Below, in pieces: positions 35,824 to 47,700 of a stretch of DNA of 50,361 nt. This stretch comes from Guillardia theta CCMP2712. Taxonomy: Eukaryota; Protista; Cryptophyta. The DNA lies in assembly GCF_000315625.1 (NCBI RefSeq), contig NW_005434601.1:75122-125482 (forward strand). The letters are read 5' to 3'. The number at the start of each line of letters is the position of its first letter. Within the stretch, counting starts at the first letter, position 1. Below the pieces are notes generated by a model. It searched no databases, was not told the DNA's origin, and saw only the letters and a list, made by a program, of their open reading frames with translations. A program made the position numbers and the translations under genes.

Positions 35824-38800
35824 ATGGGGATCCAGCAGAATCAAGGTCCTTACGGCATCATGCCGAGGTCTGCGCCGCAAGGTCAAGGCCGCCAAGGGCA
35901 ACCAAGCTCAAGTCTAGGAAGAAGCGGCAGCCCAGCACCTGCCGCTGATCCCGGACCTTCATCCCAGCAGACCTCGTCCCGCATTTCCAAGAGGTCCTAT
36001 GACATTGATATCGGTGGATGTGATAAAGGATGCGGGTTGTGGGTACCGATGTTGTTTGGATGTCGATGGCTGAACGCGGAATGTGAATCTCATAGGAACA
36101 GTTCTGACGTGAACTTGCAGCAACTCTCAATTCATCAAGATGGTCGGTCAGAACATTCCAGACATTTGGAGACAGGGTGTTCACTTCAACCTCAACGACA
36201 ACAACTTGTTCTCCGTGAATGAGGTTGGGCCCAGGCGTTGCGGATGGATGCATGACTGAGTGTCAGGTCGTGGTGGTCTCAAGAAGCAATGGAGCGAAAA
36301 CCTTTGGAATCGTTGAGAGGGTTCACAACGTAGCTCTCAGTGGAGTATGCCATTATCTCTTTGTGATCGACAATCAATGGCAGGACGGATCGGTCGACGT
36401 GAAGGTCGCTGAAGGGAATGAAAATGTTGGACCGCAGTATCATCGAAAGGCTCAATCGAAGGTCACCACCATCCTCTGTTATCTCTATTCTTTATGAAGA
36501 ATCATCAATAGGCCTATGGCAAGATTGTGGACAATGTCAATCGGCTGGTTCTTCTCAAGGGAATCGCAAAAATTGAATTTACTGAGCAAGCGACAGCGGT
36601 CATCAATAATTCAGTAAGAAGTAGAGCATGATTGAATCCTTCATGACCAGATGTTTCAGGTCATGATGGCTTGTGATCGAGGGGCATATGAAGTCGAACC
36701 AGTGCATGTTGCTTGCGCTCTGTTCTCTACAAATGAGAAGGGGGGTATCATATCTCAAATTGTAAGTTTGACAAAACGAAACCGATTCGTTGTGAAGGCT
36801 TACTCGTGTATAGATCAAAAAGCTTGGAACTGAACCAACTGTCGTTGTCAACGCACTGTAATCACAATGTTTATATCAATTTCAAAACAGGGTTTGAAAA
36901 ATATCACAGGCAAAAACTCTTGAGAGACCGCTCAGAAAATGCCTCGATGCCCATGCCGTTACCTGCAAGCCGTTCTCTGCTTCAGCTTCTATACAAGTCA
37001 CAGACTAATGATTCAACCGAAGGAAAAAACATATCCGTCGACGAGGTGGATTTTTCTTTCCTGTTGCGTGCCTTACTATCCGATTTCAGCTCCTTCTTTC
37101 GTTGGTTTCAGATCCTCAGATCAAAATGGCTTTGGAAATTGTCAATCTGACGGAACAGTCCGTGAGAGATGCCGTCGATGCAATTCGTGATTATTTCTGA
37201 GCTTCAAGCATGCATGCCTGCTGACGCAAGCGATGTGCAGGCAACATCAAACTTAACCTGGGTGAAGATGTCGATGGCCAAGAGATGCCAGAGACGCTGT
37301 CACAATATGCCGTCGACCTTGTCCAGAAGGTATCATATCACAGCTACCCTCTCTCAGAGTTTGAACGGTTTGAAGGCTATCGATGGAAAGCTTGATCCCG
37401 TTGTCGGCAGAGATGAAGAAATCCAAAGGGTGCGTGTGGCAGTGTCCGAGGATACAATTGATTTGTGACGTGTCATCAGACGATTAGAGTTCTGTCAAGG
37501 AGGACTAAAAACAATCCTGCACTTATCGGAGAGCCTGGAGTGGGCAAGACAGCGATTGTGGAGGGTCTTGCACAAAGGATTGTAGCAGGCGATGTGCCAA
37601 AAGTTTTGCAGAAATGCAGGATCATGTGTCTTGATATGGGGTCTCTTATTGCAGGAGCCAAATATCAGGGACAGTTTGAAGAACGCTTGAAGGATGTGTT
37701 GAAAGAGATTGGAGAAGCAGAAGGCAGGCAAGATTATTTCAAATTTTGCAATCTTTTTTGCTGATTTCTCTCGCAGGATTATTTTATTCATTGACGAAAT
37801 TCATCTTGTCCTTGGCGCCGGAAGATCTAGCGACGGCGGAATGGACGCAGCGAATTTGCTTAAACCCATGCTTGCAAGAGGAGAGTTGAGGTGTATTGGA
37901 ACAACCACGTTGGCAGAATACCGGAAATACATCGAGAGAGATTCTGCTTTCGAAAGAAGGTTTCAGCAAGTGTTGGTTGGAGAACCGTCGCTTGCCGATA
38001 GCGTGAGCATTCTTCGCGGCATCAAGTCGCGATATGAAGAGTACCATGGAGTCAGAATTGCTGATTCAGCTTTGGCGACGGCTGTCGATCTGTCCAACAA
38101 GTATATCACTGGTCGTTTCTTGCCTGACAAGGCAATTGACTTGATGGACGAAGCTTGTGCCAATGTGAGAGTTCAGCTGGACTCTCAACCTGAGGTGATG
38201 GACCAGCTGATTCGAAAAATCAAGCGTCTCGACCTGGAGGCAGCAATGTTGGAAAAAGAAGATGACGCACAGAGTAGGGTCAGACTTGGCGAGGTTCTGT
38301 CGGCTCGTGTACAAGCCCTTGAAGAGGAGGCCACGTTGCGAATCAGAGTGCAGGTGCAGAAGGAAAGAATTCAGAGGCTCTCGTTCTTGAAAAAGGAGAT
38401 TGAGAATGCCAAGAAACACATCAAGATGTACGAACACGCGGGATTGTCAAACCAGGAAGACCATCTGAAGAGGATCTCTGAAATCAAATTCTCTGAGCTT
38501 CCTAGCCTAGAATCTGAGTATGAGACGCTCGTGAAACAGAACGAAGGCGAGCAGTCCCTCTTCATCGAAGTTGTAACGCCGGAACAAATTGCTGAGGTTG
38601 TCAGCCGGTGGACTGGAATTCCTGTACATAGATTAACGCAATCAGAAAAGGACAAGATATTGGGCCTGCCTGATAGGTTGAAGGCGATGGTGATTGGTCA
38701 GGAGAAGCCTGTAGAGGCCATTGCAAACGCAATCATTAGGAGCAGAGCAGGGCTCGGAAATTCTGAAAGACCCACGGGCTGTTTCCTCATGCTCGGCCCG

Positions 38801-39734
38801 TCCGGAGTTGGCAAGACTGAGACTGCGAGGGCCCTCGCGCGTGAACTGTTCAACGACGAGAAAATGATGGTGAGGATTGACATGTCAGAGTTCCTTGAAG
38901 CCCACTCGGTCTATCGTCTGATAGGAGCTCCTCCTGGCTACGTCGGATATGACCAGGGAGGGCAACTGACTGAGTCCGTAAGGAGGAGACCCTACACTGT
39001 CATCCTCTGTGATGAGGTAGAGAAGGCGCACCCGCAGGTGTGGAACATTCTGCTCCAGGTCATGGACGACGGGAGATTGACGGACGGGCAAGGAAGGCTT
39101 GTCAACTTCAAGAATGCTGTAGTGATTCTTACCAGCAACGTCGGAGCTCAAGAACTGCTAGAGGGAATGCAACCTGAAGGGATCCCACCCAAAGTTCACA
39201 ACCTTGTGCTCGACAAACTCAAGAAAGTCTTTCCACCAGAATTTCTCAACCGCCTTGACGAAGTGGCGCTCTATGAACCACTGACGATGGACAAGATGGC
39301 CAACATCCTGAGGCTACAAATGGCCAAGTACAATGAAGTCTTCGCTTCCAAGAGGATGGAGGTATCGATCGACGACGCGGCTTCAGATTTCATCGTCAAG
39401 CGCTCTTATGTGCCGTGAGTTTCGGTTCACCCGTAAGGTCTGGTTGTTAATGGAACTGACAGGTCTCTTGGGGCTCGCCCGCTGAAGCGAGTGGTGGAGC
39501 GGTGGATCATGACCTCGCTCTCAAAGTTGTTGTTCCAAGGCGTCATCACAGAAAACTCCAAGACGACCATCACGGCTGTAGATGGCAGGTACGTCTCAAA
39601 GACTTGTGCACTAGTTAACGATGAGCAGTGAGTGAGTGAACAACAGGCTCGGATATCGCGTTGTGAATGCTACGGGAGGGATCTCACTACACCTTGAATC
39701 CAACTCCAGCACGGACTGGTCTGATTCGCAATAA
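35824..39734 (+). CDS. clpB: ClpB/Hsp101-type AAA+ disaggregase with extended N-terminus
   Basis: Clp-N-like [12 protein letters not shown]...[12 protein letters not shown]; [13 protein letters not shown]; [20 protein letters not shown]; ILFIDEIH; [10 protein letters not shown]; coiled-coil M domain; GPSGVGKT; RIDMSE; GAPPGYVGY; DEVEKAHP; GARPLKR. Stop at 39732-39734. Confidence 0.95.
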
Positions 39735-39784
39735 GTTCTATCTGATTCGCAATATGTTCTATCAGGACACAGCAGGGCTGCTGC

Positions 39785-40065
39785 TCAGTCGTAATGTAAC
39801 TCTGCACATGCGCCCTGCCAGATTTTTTCAATGAAGTCAAACAGGAAGAGTAGAAATTACGTGGTGGGGAAAAAGAGTTGCACAAGCCCAAAGTCTCGGC
39901 AGCCCCTGGAACTTGAAGAACGTCCCGACGTGCTTGCCGTTCTTGAATGTCCGGATCAGAGTCCTTGTCTGACCTCCGTCGTTGGTTCTCTCCACAAGGA
40001 ATCCGACTCTATCCTCGTTGCCGAAACCCGGAAGGGGCCGCGAGTGACCTGAAGCCCGATTGTCA

Positions 40066-40139
<74 letters not shown>

Positions 40140-41962
40140 CGTGATGGTTTCTAGCCAGCAGGACCTGAGGGTTTGGTCTCGGAACCGTAGCCCACAGCCG
40201 ATATCCCATCGAGGCTGATGGCTGCCATCAAAGTTCAGCTGCAGACACAGAGCTCTTTATCCCTACTCTTATCCCACTGCCTCCTCGCAAACTCTGCCCA
40301 AGAAACTTCGCCCTGCTCCAGGTTGAAGCTGCCGCGTCATCATCGTCACTGCCAACTGCTGCACCGTATGAGCACCTGTCGTTCAACGCCCAGATGTCCA
40401 CGCGTGATCGCTCATTCCACTCCCACGTTCCTTCCCAGCAATCAAAACTCTCGCCGCAAACTCCGAGGTAAAACCCCCCCTGATGCGAAATTGATTACAG
40501 TTTTCCTCCTCCTCCCTCGTCTCATGCCGTGACATCTCATCTGGTGTTCATCACTCGTCGCTCATCACCTGCAAGCACGCTCCCTTGTGTTGACCCGGAA
40601 TGCTGATAGACAACTCGAAGAAATGCTCCCCGATGTCGAGAGGGATCTGAGAGTCGCACAAGCTGCTCAACTCATCTTTCTTCGCTCATCAGCAGTACCT
40701 CAGCTTCTGATCTGACTGACATCGACTTGCCCTGGCTCACCTTGTTCTTGCGGAGGCTCAGTAGAATCAGAACCCCAAGGGACAGATCAGACCTCGAACG
40801 CTGCTCTCAGCAGGTTTGACGAGAGCTTCAGCCCAGGGCCGACAAACTCTCTCGACCAGCAAGTGTAGAAGCCGTCGAAGCTGCTCGAGAGGCAGACGTC
40901 AGGTGAGGATGACGACTGACGAGCTAGTCTTCCCAGCAACATCGTGATCATCGTCGGGTCTTGAAGAAGGCACATGCCGAGCAGAGATCTGAGCTGAAGA
41001 GACCATCAGAGGAAGTGACATCCTTGTCATTCCCAGCTCCTCACCTGACGAGCCTGGATGGTAGAGAGTGACGAAGGCAAACAGGTCCACGTCCCTCGGC
41101 AGCTCGCGGAAGGCTGGCCGTTCATCGACTAACTCCTTTGGCGTCCCAGTGAGCCTCTCGTTCGCTTCCTCAGCAACTCTCACCTGGTCTCTGTAGAACC
41201 ACAACTTGCCCTTGGAGCTGTCCACACAAAACCCCACCACTGAGCCGCTTCCAACGGCGCTGCCGCTCACCCAAACATCTGCCTGCTTCTTGTGCGGGCT
41301 GAGCAACTCAGCTCTGCCCTGAGTATCCCCTCGTGATGATCCTGCCGCCTCCTCCTTACCATCTCGCTCAACTTCCTTCCTCTATGCCTCACCAGAATCG
41401 CTCTCCGACCTCATGGCCCAGCAGAACTCCTTGCGGTAATCCTTCCACCACACTCCATCCCAGTTGTCAACCTTGAAGGAGTGAGTCAGCGGCCCGCGAA
41501 CTCCTCCTGCCTCCCCCTACCTCCCCCTGCCTCCCCCTGCCTCCCCCTGCCTCCCCCTGCCTCCTCCTGCCTCGTCTGTGCAGATTCCGAGCCAGTAGAA
41601 CCCGCCCATCATCGAGCCGACGTGCTTGCCCGGCCTCTTGACGGTCATCTCGAAGTAGTACATGCCGTCAGGAGGGATCGGCTGTGCTGTCCTGACAGAG
41701 CCGACCTGAGAGGAAGAGGTGAGGAGCTGGAGGAGATACAAGGAGCTGGAGGAGATACAAGGAGCTGGAGGAGATACAAGGAGCTGGAGGGAAAGAAGAG
41801 GAGACCTGGAAGAAATCCGTCCGAATGGCCGACGTGCCCAACCGATCGATCTTGATGCCATGAGCAACATGATTCTCCGACCAACGGAAATCTACTTTCT
41901 CTGACGAGACATCAAGGGATGGACAAAGCAGGGGAAGCGCTGCAGGTACCGATCTCAGTCAT
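39785..41962 (-). CDS. Protein with two tandem SPRY/B30.2-like domains
   Basis: Domain 1: GSVRTAQPIPPDGMYYFEMTV...WLGIC...GSGSVVGFCVDSSKGKLWFYRD...LFAFVTLY. Domain 2: GEHFFELSI...FYLGVC...GFGNEDRVGFLVE...FKNGKHVG...LWACATL. Confidence 0.8.
40068..40137. repeat. (GA)n dinucleotide microsatellite, intronic
   Basis: Directly visible. Confidence 0.97.
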
Positions 41963-42057
41963 CCCACAGCCGATGAGACATGCTGTTTCTGCTTGACTGC
42001 AGCAGAATGTTAAGAGAAGAGCTGAGGACAGGTGGACCCAGTAGGATTGCACAAGGT

Positions 42058-42078
42058 GCAGGAGGAGCAGGGGCAGGG

Positions 42079-42119
<41 letters not shown>

Positions 42120-42132
42120 GGCAAGGGCAGGG

Positions 42133-42163
<31 letters not shown>

Positions 42164-42242
42164 AGCAGGAGCAGGAGCAGGAGCAGGGGCAGGGGCAGGG
42201 GCAGGGGCAGGGGCAGGGGCAGGGGCAGGAGCAGGAGCAGGA

Positions 42243-42310
<68 letters not shown>
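42058..42310. repeat. Hexanucleotide array (GCAGGA)n/(GCAGGG)n upstream of the SPRY gene
   Basis: Directly visible; similar short arrays occur at ~28050-28100. Confidence 0.95.
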
Positions 42311-42370
42311 ACCAGGTCTGAGTGCCTACGGGGAAATGGTCCTGCGCGCAGTTAAGTGAAGGTATCAGTT

Positions 42371-42822
42371 AAGTTTGTGGGACAGCAATCAGGAGGATTA
42401 GGTTTGGTTCTCGCTGTCTTTTCTCTTCTCGCCGTATCGCCTGTGCGACAGCCTCCTCGACTCTCCTGATTGTCCTGGTACTGATCTTTAACTTAACTTT
42501 GAGTAACAGAGGAAGCCTACCGGGCTTGCGGCCGGCCCGGCCCGGGCCCCGGGGGCCCGGGGGCGCCGGGGACTCTGAGGTAATGAGTCCGATCACTGCT
42601 TGAAGCATACATGACTGGTCACTGAGCGGCTCCAGTGAGATACAGGACAGTGTCTTTACTTGACTTTGAGTAAACTTTTACTCAAAGTTAAGTTAAAATC
42701 AGTACGAGGACAATAAGGAGAGTCGAGGAGGCTTGACCCTGACACTGTCGCACAGGCCAAACGGCGAGAAGAGAAAAGACAGCGAGAACCAAACCTAATC
42801 CTGCCGACTGCTGTCCAAACTA
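42371..42822. mobile_element. Inverted pair of ~145-nt dispersed elements (copy B 42371-42517 on -, copy C 42673-42822 on +) around a GC-rich spacer; MITE/fold-back-like
   Basis: The reverse complement of B aligns along C (TTACTCAAAGTTAAGTTAAA...GGAGAGTCGAGGAGGCT...GTCGCACAGGC...ACGGCGAGAAGAGAAAAGACAGCGAGAACCAAACCTAATCCT...GCTGTCC). No clean target-site duplication is visible, so mobility is inferred only from dispersal. Confidence 0.6.
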
Positions 42823-43257
42823 GTCTCTATCAAATGGGAGACAGAGGCCCGGTTTGTCAGATAGCATGCAAACTACTTCAATGAAGCTGCTTCTATCAGA
42901 GCACCGTGTTCTCAGCTAACCGTAGTAACTGCACTTGGCTGTGCCTGGCTGGCTACGTCCGATCTGAACGGTTCTCGTGTTGGGAAGCTCCCTGCATCAC
43001 CTGCGGGGCTGGGAGAAGTGCGATCAAAATACATGGTCATACTCTCATCTCATGGTTGAAAACATGATTCTCGATCGAACAATTATGATATCTGCTACTG
43101 CCGCATTTTATCGGGTCCCACCCGACTGATTTACTCTTTTCGTTCCACAATAGTTCCACATTAGAACTCCGAGCGTACGGTTACAGCTGTTGTTTCACCG
43201 CCAACCATCACTTGTTCACTGGTCACGCGTGATGTCTTCGGCAATCCTCTACTGCCT

Positions 43258-44223
43258 CTACAGATGAATAAATTTCTGCTGCTCCTTCTCGGTGCCTTGC
43301 TTCAGCATCCCTGCACGATTCGATTTCGAGTTTGAGTCCTATGAGGAAACCAATCAGACAAACAGGAGGAGGACAGGATTAACACCAGCTCATCCTTCCA
43401 GGAAGAGATGTCATCGCCGAAGATGATGCTGGAACGAACAGGTGGTCAGTGAGAGCCAAGGTTGGGAGAGGTGTTGAGACTTTCTCAAGCAGCGGAATAC
43501 TGTGAGGAGATCGTCGAGGCATGGGATGAGCGTTGAGAACCCGAGCAGCATTTCTTTCTCCGACTTGGTTATGATGGCCAGGTAGTAGGTCACAGTAGCG
43601 TATCCTATCCCTTCGTTGATGATCACATCTTCAATGCGCGATCTGCATTAGAGCTCTCAGAGTCCTCATAGCACAGAACAGCACGAATCTCCTCCCCACC
43701 TCTCCACAAAGAAGAATTCCTCCTTCCCCGAGTAATACCGTCTTCGCACCTTTCACCACACATCAGCGCTTACGGTCAACCAAACACCTGACAAGAACAC
43801 CTGGATTCCCAAGTCGTGGACTACCAGCAGGGACTCCCGTTCCATCATCTGGCGGCGACTGGTAGAGGTACGTGAACGTTGAGTCCAACTCAACAACAGA
43901 AAGTACCGATACAGGATGAAGAGCACTAGGCTCAGCCATTGCAGCAGGAACAATCCGACCGAGCAATCAAGGATGTACTTGACTGCGAGGGAAGCAAACC
44001 CTATCTACACGCATCTTGTGTAAGCAGCTCGCAAGCATTGCTACTGCACATGTTCATACCTTCAGCGTTGTGATGGAGAAACTCAAGAATGTGATCGGTT
44101 GCTGGTGATCTGGATCAGCATGTCTTGGCACATCTTAGAACAGCAAACCTTGGGTGAAACCGAGTGGAATTCAACGATGCCTTCAGCATGGTGCTCCACC
44201 GTCAACGAGGGGATTTCCTTCAT
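43258..44223 (-). CDS. PIGH: GPI-GlcNAc transferase complex subunit PIG-H (Gpi15)
   Basis: Hydrophobic segment followed by ESLLVVHDLGIQ|VRRRYYSGKEEFFFVE...IEDVIINEGIGYATVTYYLAII...LLGFSTLIPCLDDLLTVF, matching the PIG-H family pattern. Terminal exons are approximate. Confidence 0.85.
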
Positions 44224-44729
44224 CTCACAGGATCCATAGAGGAGATCTGAACTTTGCCCTCTTTTTCTCCCTCTGTGTGTGATTCCTTTCCCTTCTTCTC
44301 CTCTCCTCTCCTCTCCTCTCCTCTCCTCTCCTCTCCTCTCCTCTCCTCTCCTCTCCTCTCCTCTCCTCTTCTCTCACTCCATTCTGCCTCGTTCCTGTTT
44401 TCACTTCATTGCCTTTCCTTCATCCCGCCCCCCGTTCTTCTGTTGACTAGGAGTATTTCACTGCCCCCAAAATAAACCATATTATATACTGAGGCGAGCT
44501 TCATTGTAGAGGAAAAGCGAAACATCGTCACTGTCAAGATCGGACCCTCCATGTCGACCATGAGCGCTGAGGAGGAGAGGCAGGAGGAGGAGGAAGAAGG
44601 AGGGAGGGCAGAACATGGGGACAGAGGAGAGGAAGATGAGAGTATCATGAAGATGGTGTTGACAACAAGAGCCTCCCCATCATGATAAGATAGCGGCAAA
44701 GACGGGGGCGGGGGCTCCGGCTGCCACCC

Positions 44730-47700
44730 ATGCTGCTGCACTTGCTGCTTCTGTTGCTATTGACGGAGGGAGATGGTTGGGTGCAAGTTGCAGCACCCGA
44801 GCAGTCAGAGCTGATCCGTAGCCTGCCTTTTCTGGTGCGACTTCGGCTCGAAGATGACGTGCACGGGTATCAACTGATCCTGGACGACGACATTGCTTTT
44901 GAGGGCATGTCGCAAGGAGAGGATGTGGAGCACTTGGTGCTGCTGGGCAGGGGCGAGACGGAGCAGAAGAAGCTCTTGACATCAGGGCATCACAGTTTGA
45001 ACGTTGTTGGTTTCGACAGCCATCAGAACAAGATCGGAGAAGTCGAGATTCCTTTCAGAACTCTATTCTCGTCGAAGCCTCCTATCGAGGTCCATGGAGT
45101 TCGTTCTGTGGTGATCATGGGAAACTTCAACATGTGGTCTTCTTCTAGCATGCAGGCCATCACAAACATGCCCTCCTCGCTCCATGCCGACGCCCTGCAG
45201 GACCTTGGTCTTGACGTTTATCGGATCGAAGAGACCGAAAACAACCATGATATTGCCCGGATAGCTGTAGAGATTCATCTACCGGACCTCTTCCTCTACA
45301 TTCCCTCACAAGGTCTTCTAGACCAGGGGTACGGGAACCTAGACCAAGTGTGGGAGACATGCAGGAAGTTTGGAATCCCGTCAGTCGTACTTATCAGGGG
45401 TCAACCAGCACTCTTGGAGTTGCAAGGAGACAGTGAGTTGTGGAGCAGCGACTATGTCGTGTCCTCTGACGCAAGCGGATGGCTGGCCAAGATCAGAGGA
45501 AGAGCTCGACATGTCCTGCTCGCAGGCGCTGCTGCCGAGCGAGCAAGCGAGCACGACGGTCTACCGCGTTCTCTTCCCAGTTGTCCTCTTACTCACCTCC
45601 TCTACGACGTCGTCGTCCCAGGCATGAACTCGCGCAAGGAGCATGTGCACATCAGGAATCAGCTTGTTCGCGTGCTCCGTGACCGTCTCCCCGACTTGCG
45701 GATCAGGCATGAGGTTGCTGGTGTAGATGGTGAGACTTTGGGTGAAGCGTTGCGTTGCTCAAAGCTCGTTCTGCTCCTATCGCCTTGCTCGCCCTTCTAC
45801 CGCGGCTGCTCAACAGAAGGATACTGGGACGAAAACGTGTTCAACGTGATTGCTCAAGGTGGTTTGGTGTTTCATAACAAGGTCCAAGGACGCCGGCCAA
45901 GAATGAATGCAAGTGTAAGGGAATCGGAAGGGAATGTATCGAGTCTCGGGCACGACCTCGAAGACGGCCGCCATGTTGTACTTTATGACTTGAAAAATTC
46001 TGAGGATTTGGTGCAGAAGATAAGATACTATGTAGAGAACAAGACATCACGAGAGTTCATGAGAAGGAGAGCGTATTGGTTCGTGATGCAACGCCATACT
46101 CTCAAGACCAGAATGGAGGAAATGCTGGGGCATATTCAAAGTTTGGAGGCAGAAACAGACAGTTGGAATATGAATACCAATGCTCTAACTCCAAACTCAA
46201 CAGAAGAATCAGCAATCAATGAGTCTTTGCCAATCTTGCAGCTGTCGTACCGACAGATCAAACATGAAATTATGTTTCTAAATGCGACCAGGTTTTCTCA
46301 CTACACAACCAACCACGACCTGTTCTTTATCAAACAGTGAGTAGATTTGTCATGGTACAATCTTACTCATGTCTGGTGCTTACCAGTCCTCCTATTGCCG
46401 AGGTCGAAGCTATCCAGACTCGACCGAATTGTTTAGAGGAGGTAAGTGAAGTATGTCAGGCTAATTTGACCACTGAGACCTTCGCATTAGGATGAAGAAT
46501 CGTTGTTGAGATCCACTTTGGGATATCACTTGCAGACACCAACAAATCCGTCAACCCTTGAAACCCACACGGTCATCGTTCCAAACGTTACAGTCAGGTG
46601 AACTGCTGTAAATACATCATGTCTTCGAAACTGCTGCTGTTTTCTGACGTGTGTCTTCAGCTTTGCCAGTCACCTTTGTTCCGACGAGGGGGAGATGCTA
46701 TCTCTATTTGCCTATCAATCCACGAAAGAATCACTTCTGATCTGCAAGCAGATCAACCAAGCAAACATTGTCCAGGTCCTACTCCAGCCCTTGTAGTTTA
46801 GTACCCTGATTGATGCTTGACCCTGTGCTGTTCATGTCCTGACATGTTCCAAGGTCCAGAGAGCGCTTCTTGTTCCTGTGTATGCCAGCAATACCTGGCA
46901 ACACTTCTTGCAAGATTTTCTCCCTGCATTCATGCACGGAATCGAGTTCCTCTCCAGATACTATGACAACAAGGAGACTTGTCAAGCCTTTGCGCTTCTA
47001 GAGTCTCGGCTGCCGAGCAATATCTATCCCATCCTCGACTTCATCATCGAAAATGACAAGCTGCAGTGGAAAACTGAGTGCACTTTCGAGCTCGACACGC
47101 TCTGCCTGTCAAACTTTGATCACAACCGTTGGAGGCACCCGTCTTACAGACTATGCTCAAGTTACCTTCGAGCTAGTCTGTTGTTCATACCATCTCCCGA
47201 CCTTGATTTCGGAAAGTACATGTACGGTCTCTATCGCTTCAATGGTAATGAAAACCCTCAAGGGTCAGGTTTTCCGGTGTGTAATGTTTCCACCAGGCAA
47301 ACTTTCGTTGGCTCGAAATCTTTTACTTGGATCGATTTTGAACATGGTAAGAAGATATCCTATCATTTGAATGCCCTTTCTTCTAGCCAGCGTTCCTCTC
47401 TCCCTCCTCCCCTCGGTGATTTCCATAGGTCTGACCAATCCTATTCCTTCAGCATGCAATTTCAAGACAACGTGGATGGTCATATCAATGGATTTGTTCC
47501 AAGGGGAACCAGAACTGTTCGTTGGAGAGCATCTATGGCGGGACTGAAGTCAAGAATGGAGGAGGGAGTTTGTTGAGAGTTGTTGTTTTCTCTCGGCGTA
47601 CAGATCAGAATCTCTGCAAGTGGAACCTTGCTCCGCGCACTGACAACCATCAGTACGGGGAGGTCAATGGGGAGAGAGGGAAGATAGTCAAAGGTTACCA

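Noticed and set aside
41720-41790. ~21-nt tandem repeat (GGAGCTGGAGGAGATACAA...) that could suggest a CRISPR-like array
   Set aside because: There are no unique spacers; it is an intronic minisatellite and no cas genes are present.
41912-42355. GA-, QE- and RS-repeat ORFs resembling silk or SR proteins
   Set aside because: They are three-frame readings of a hexanucleotide array with no flanking domain.
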